Shown here in pieces: positions 45,615 to 45,692 of a stretch of DNA of 45,692 bases. The DNA comes from Gemmatimonadota bacterium (lineage in GTDB: Bacteria > Gemmatimonadota > Gemmatimonadetes > Palauibacterales > Palauibacteraceae), in assembly GCA_046758745.1 (NCBI GenBank), contig JBHIAV010000020.1, positions 1 through 45,692 of the forward strand, in the 5' to 3' direction. A program made the position numbers and the translations under genes. Position 1 is the first letter of the stretch; every line of letters begins with the position of its first letter. Below the pieces are notes generated by a model, which was not told the DNA's origin, made no database searches, and saw only the letters and a program-made list of their open reading frames with translations.

Positions 45615-45692
45615 CGCAACCGAGCTCGGAAATCGTGCCTAGGGGTCGAAGACGTGCTCTGCCGCGGGGAGCGGCCTTCTCCCTCGTGCCCC

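Overview
GC-rich bacterial window with an outer membrane (two TonB-dependent receptors); the gene style suggests Gemmatimonadota, which is an inference. About 40 kb forms a C1-metabolism island with three modules. (1) 55-16573: tetrahydromethanopterin/methanofuran formaldehyde oxidation (fae, mtd, mch, ftr/fhcD, cofactor genes mfnF, mfnD, orf17, orf5, orf7, orfY, a CExxHGH-type PTPS). Its fwdD-B-A-C block keeps the [4Fe-4S] and Mo/W-ligating Cys of a true formylmethanofuran dehydrogenase and follows a ferredoxin-NADP+ reductase gene. (2) 16902-22742: a sensor-less NarL-type two-component system, then tal - RuBisCO large subunit - prk - truncated tkt. The RuBisCO has all catalytic residues, no small-subunit gene and Form I-alpha-like deletions. 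(3) 23983-40100: xoxF-xoxJ-xoxG, a Tat substrate-binding protein, a YVTN propeller, a second D-x-D PQQ dehydrogenase lipoprotein with a sulfocyanin-like protein and two unknown paralogs, and PqqU-like and LutH-like receptors. Ordinary genes follow (ECF sigma/anti-sigma/DUF4097, DinB, a probable outer-membrane protein). Headline hypothesis: lanthanide-dependent methanol oxidation to CO2 via a redox-active Fwd, coupled to a Calvin cycle using a small-subunit-free RuBisCO and transaldolase. Scars (fwdC-end duplication, DUF1464 pseudogene, tkt truncation) suggest a mosaic or partly decaying island. All family calls come from motif recognition; no searches were run.
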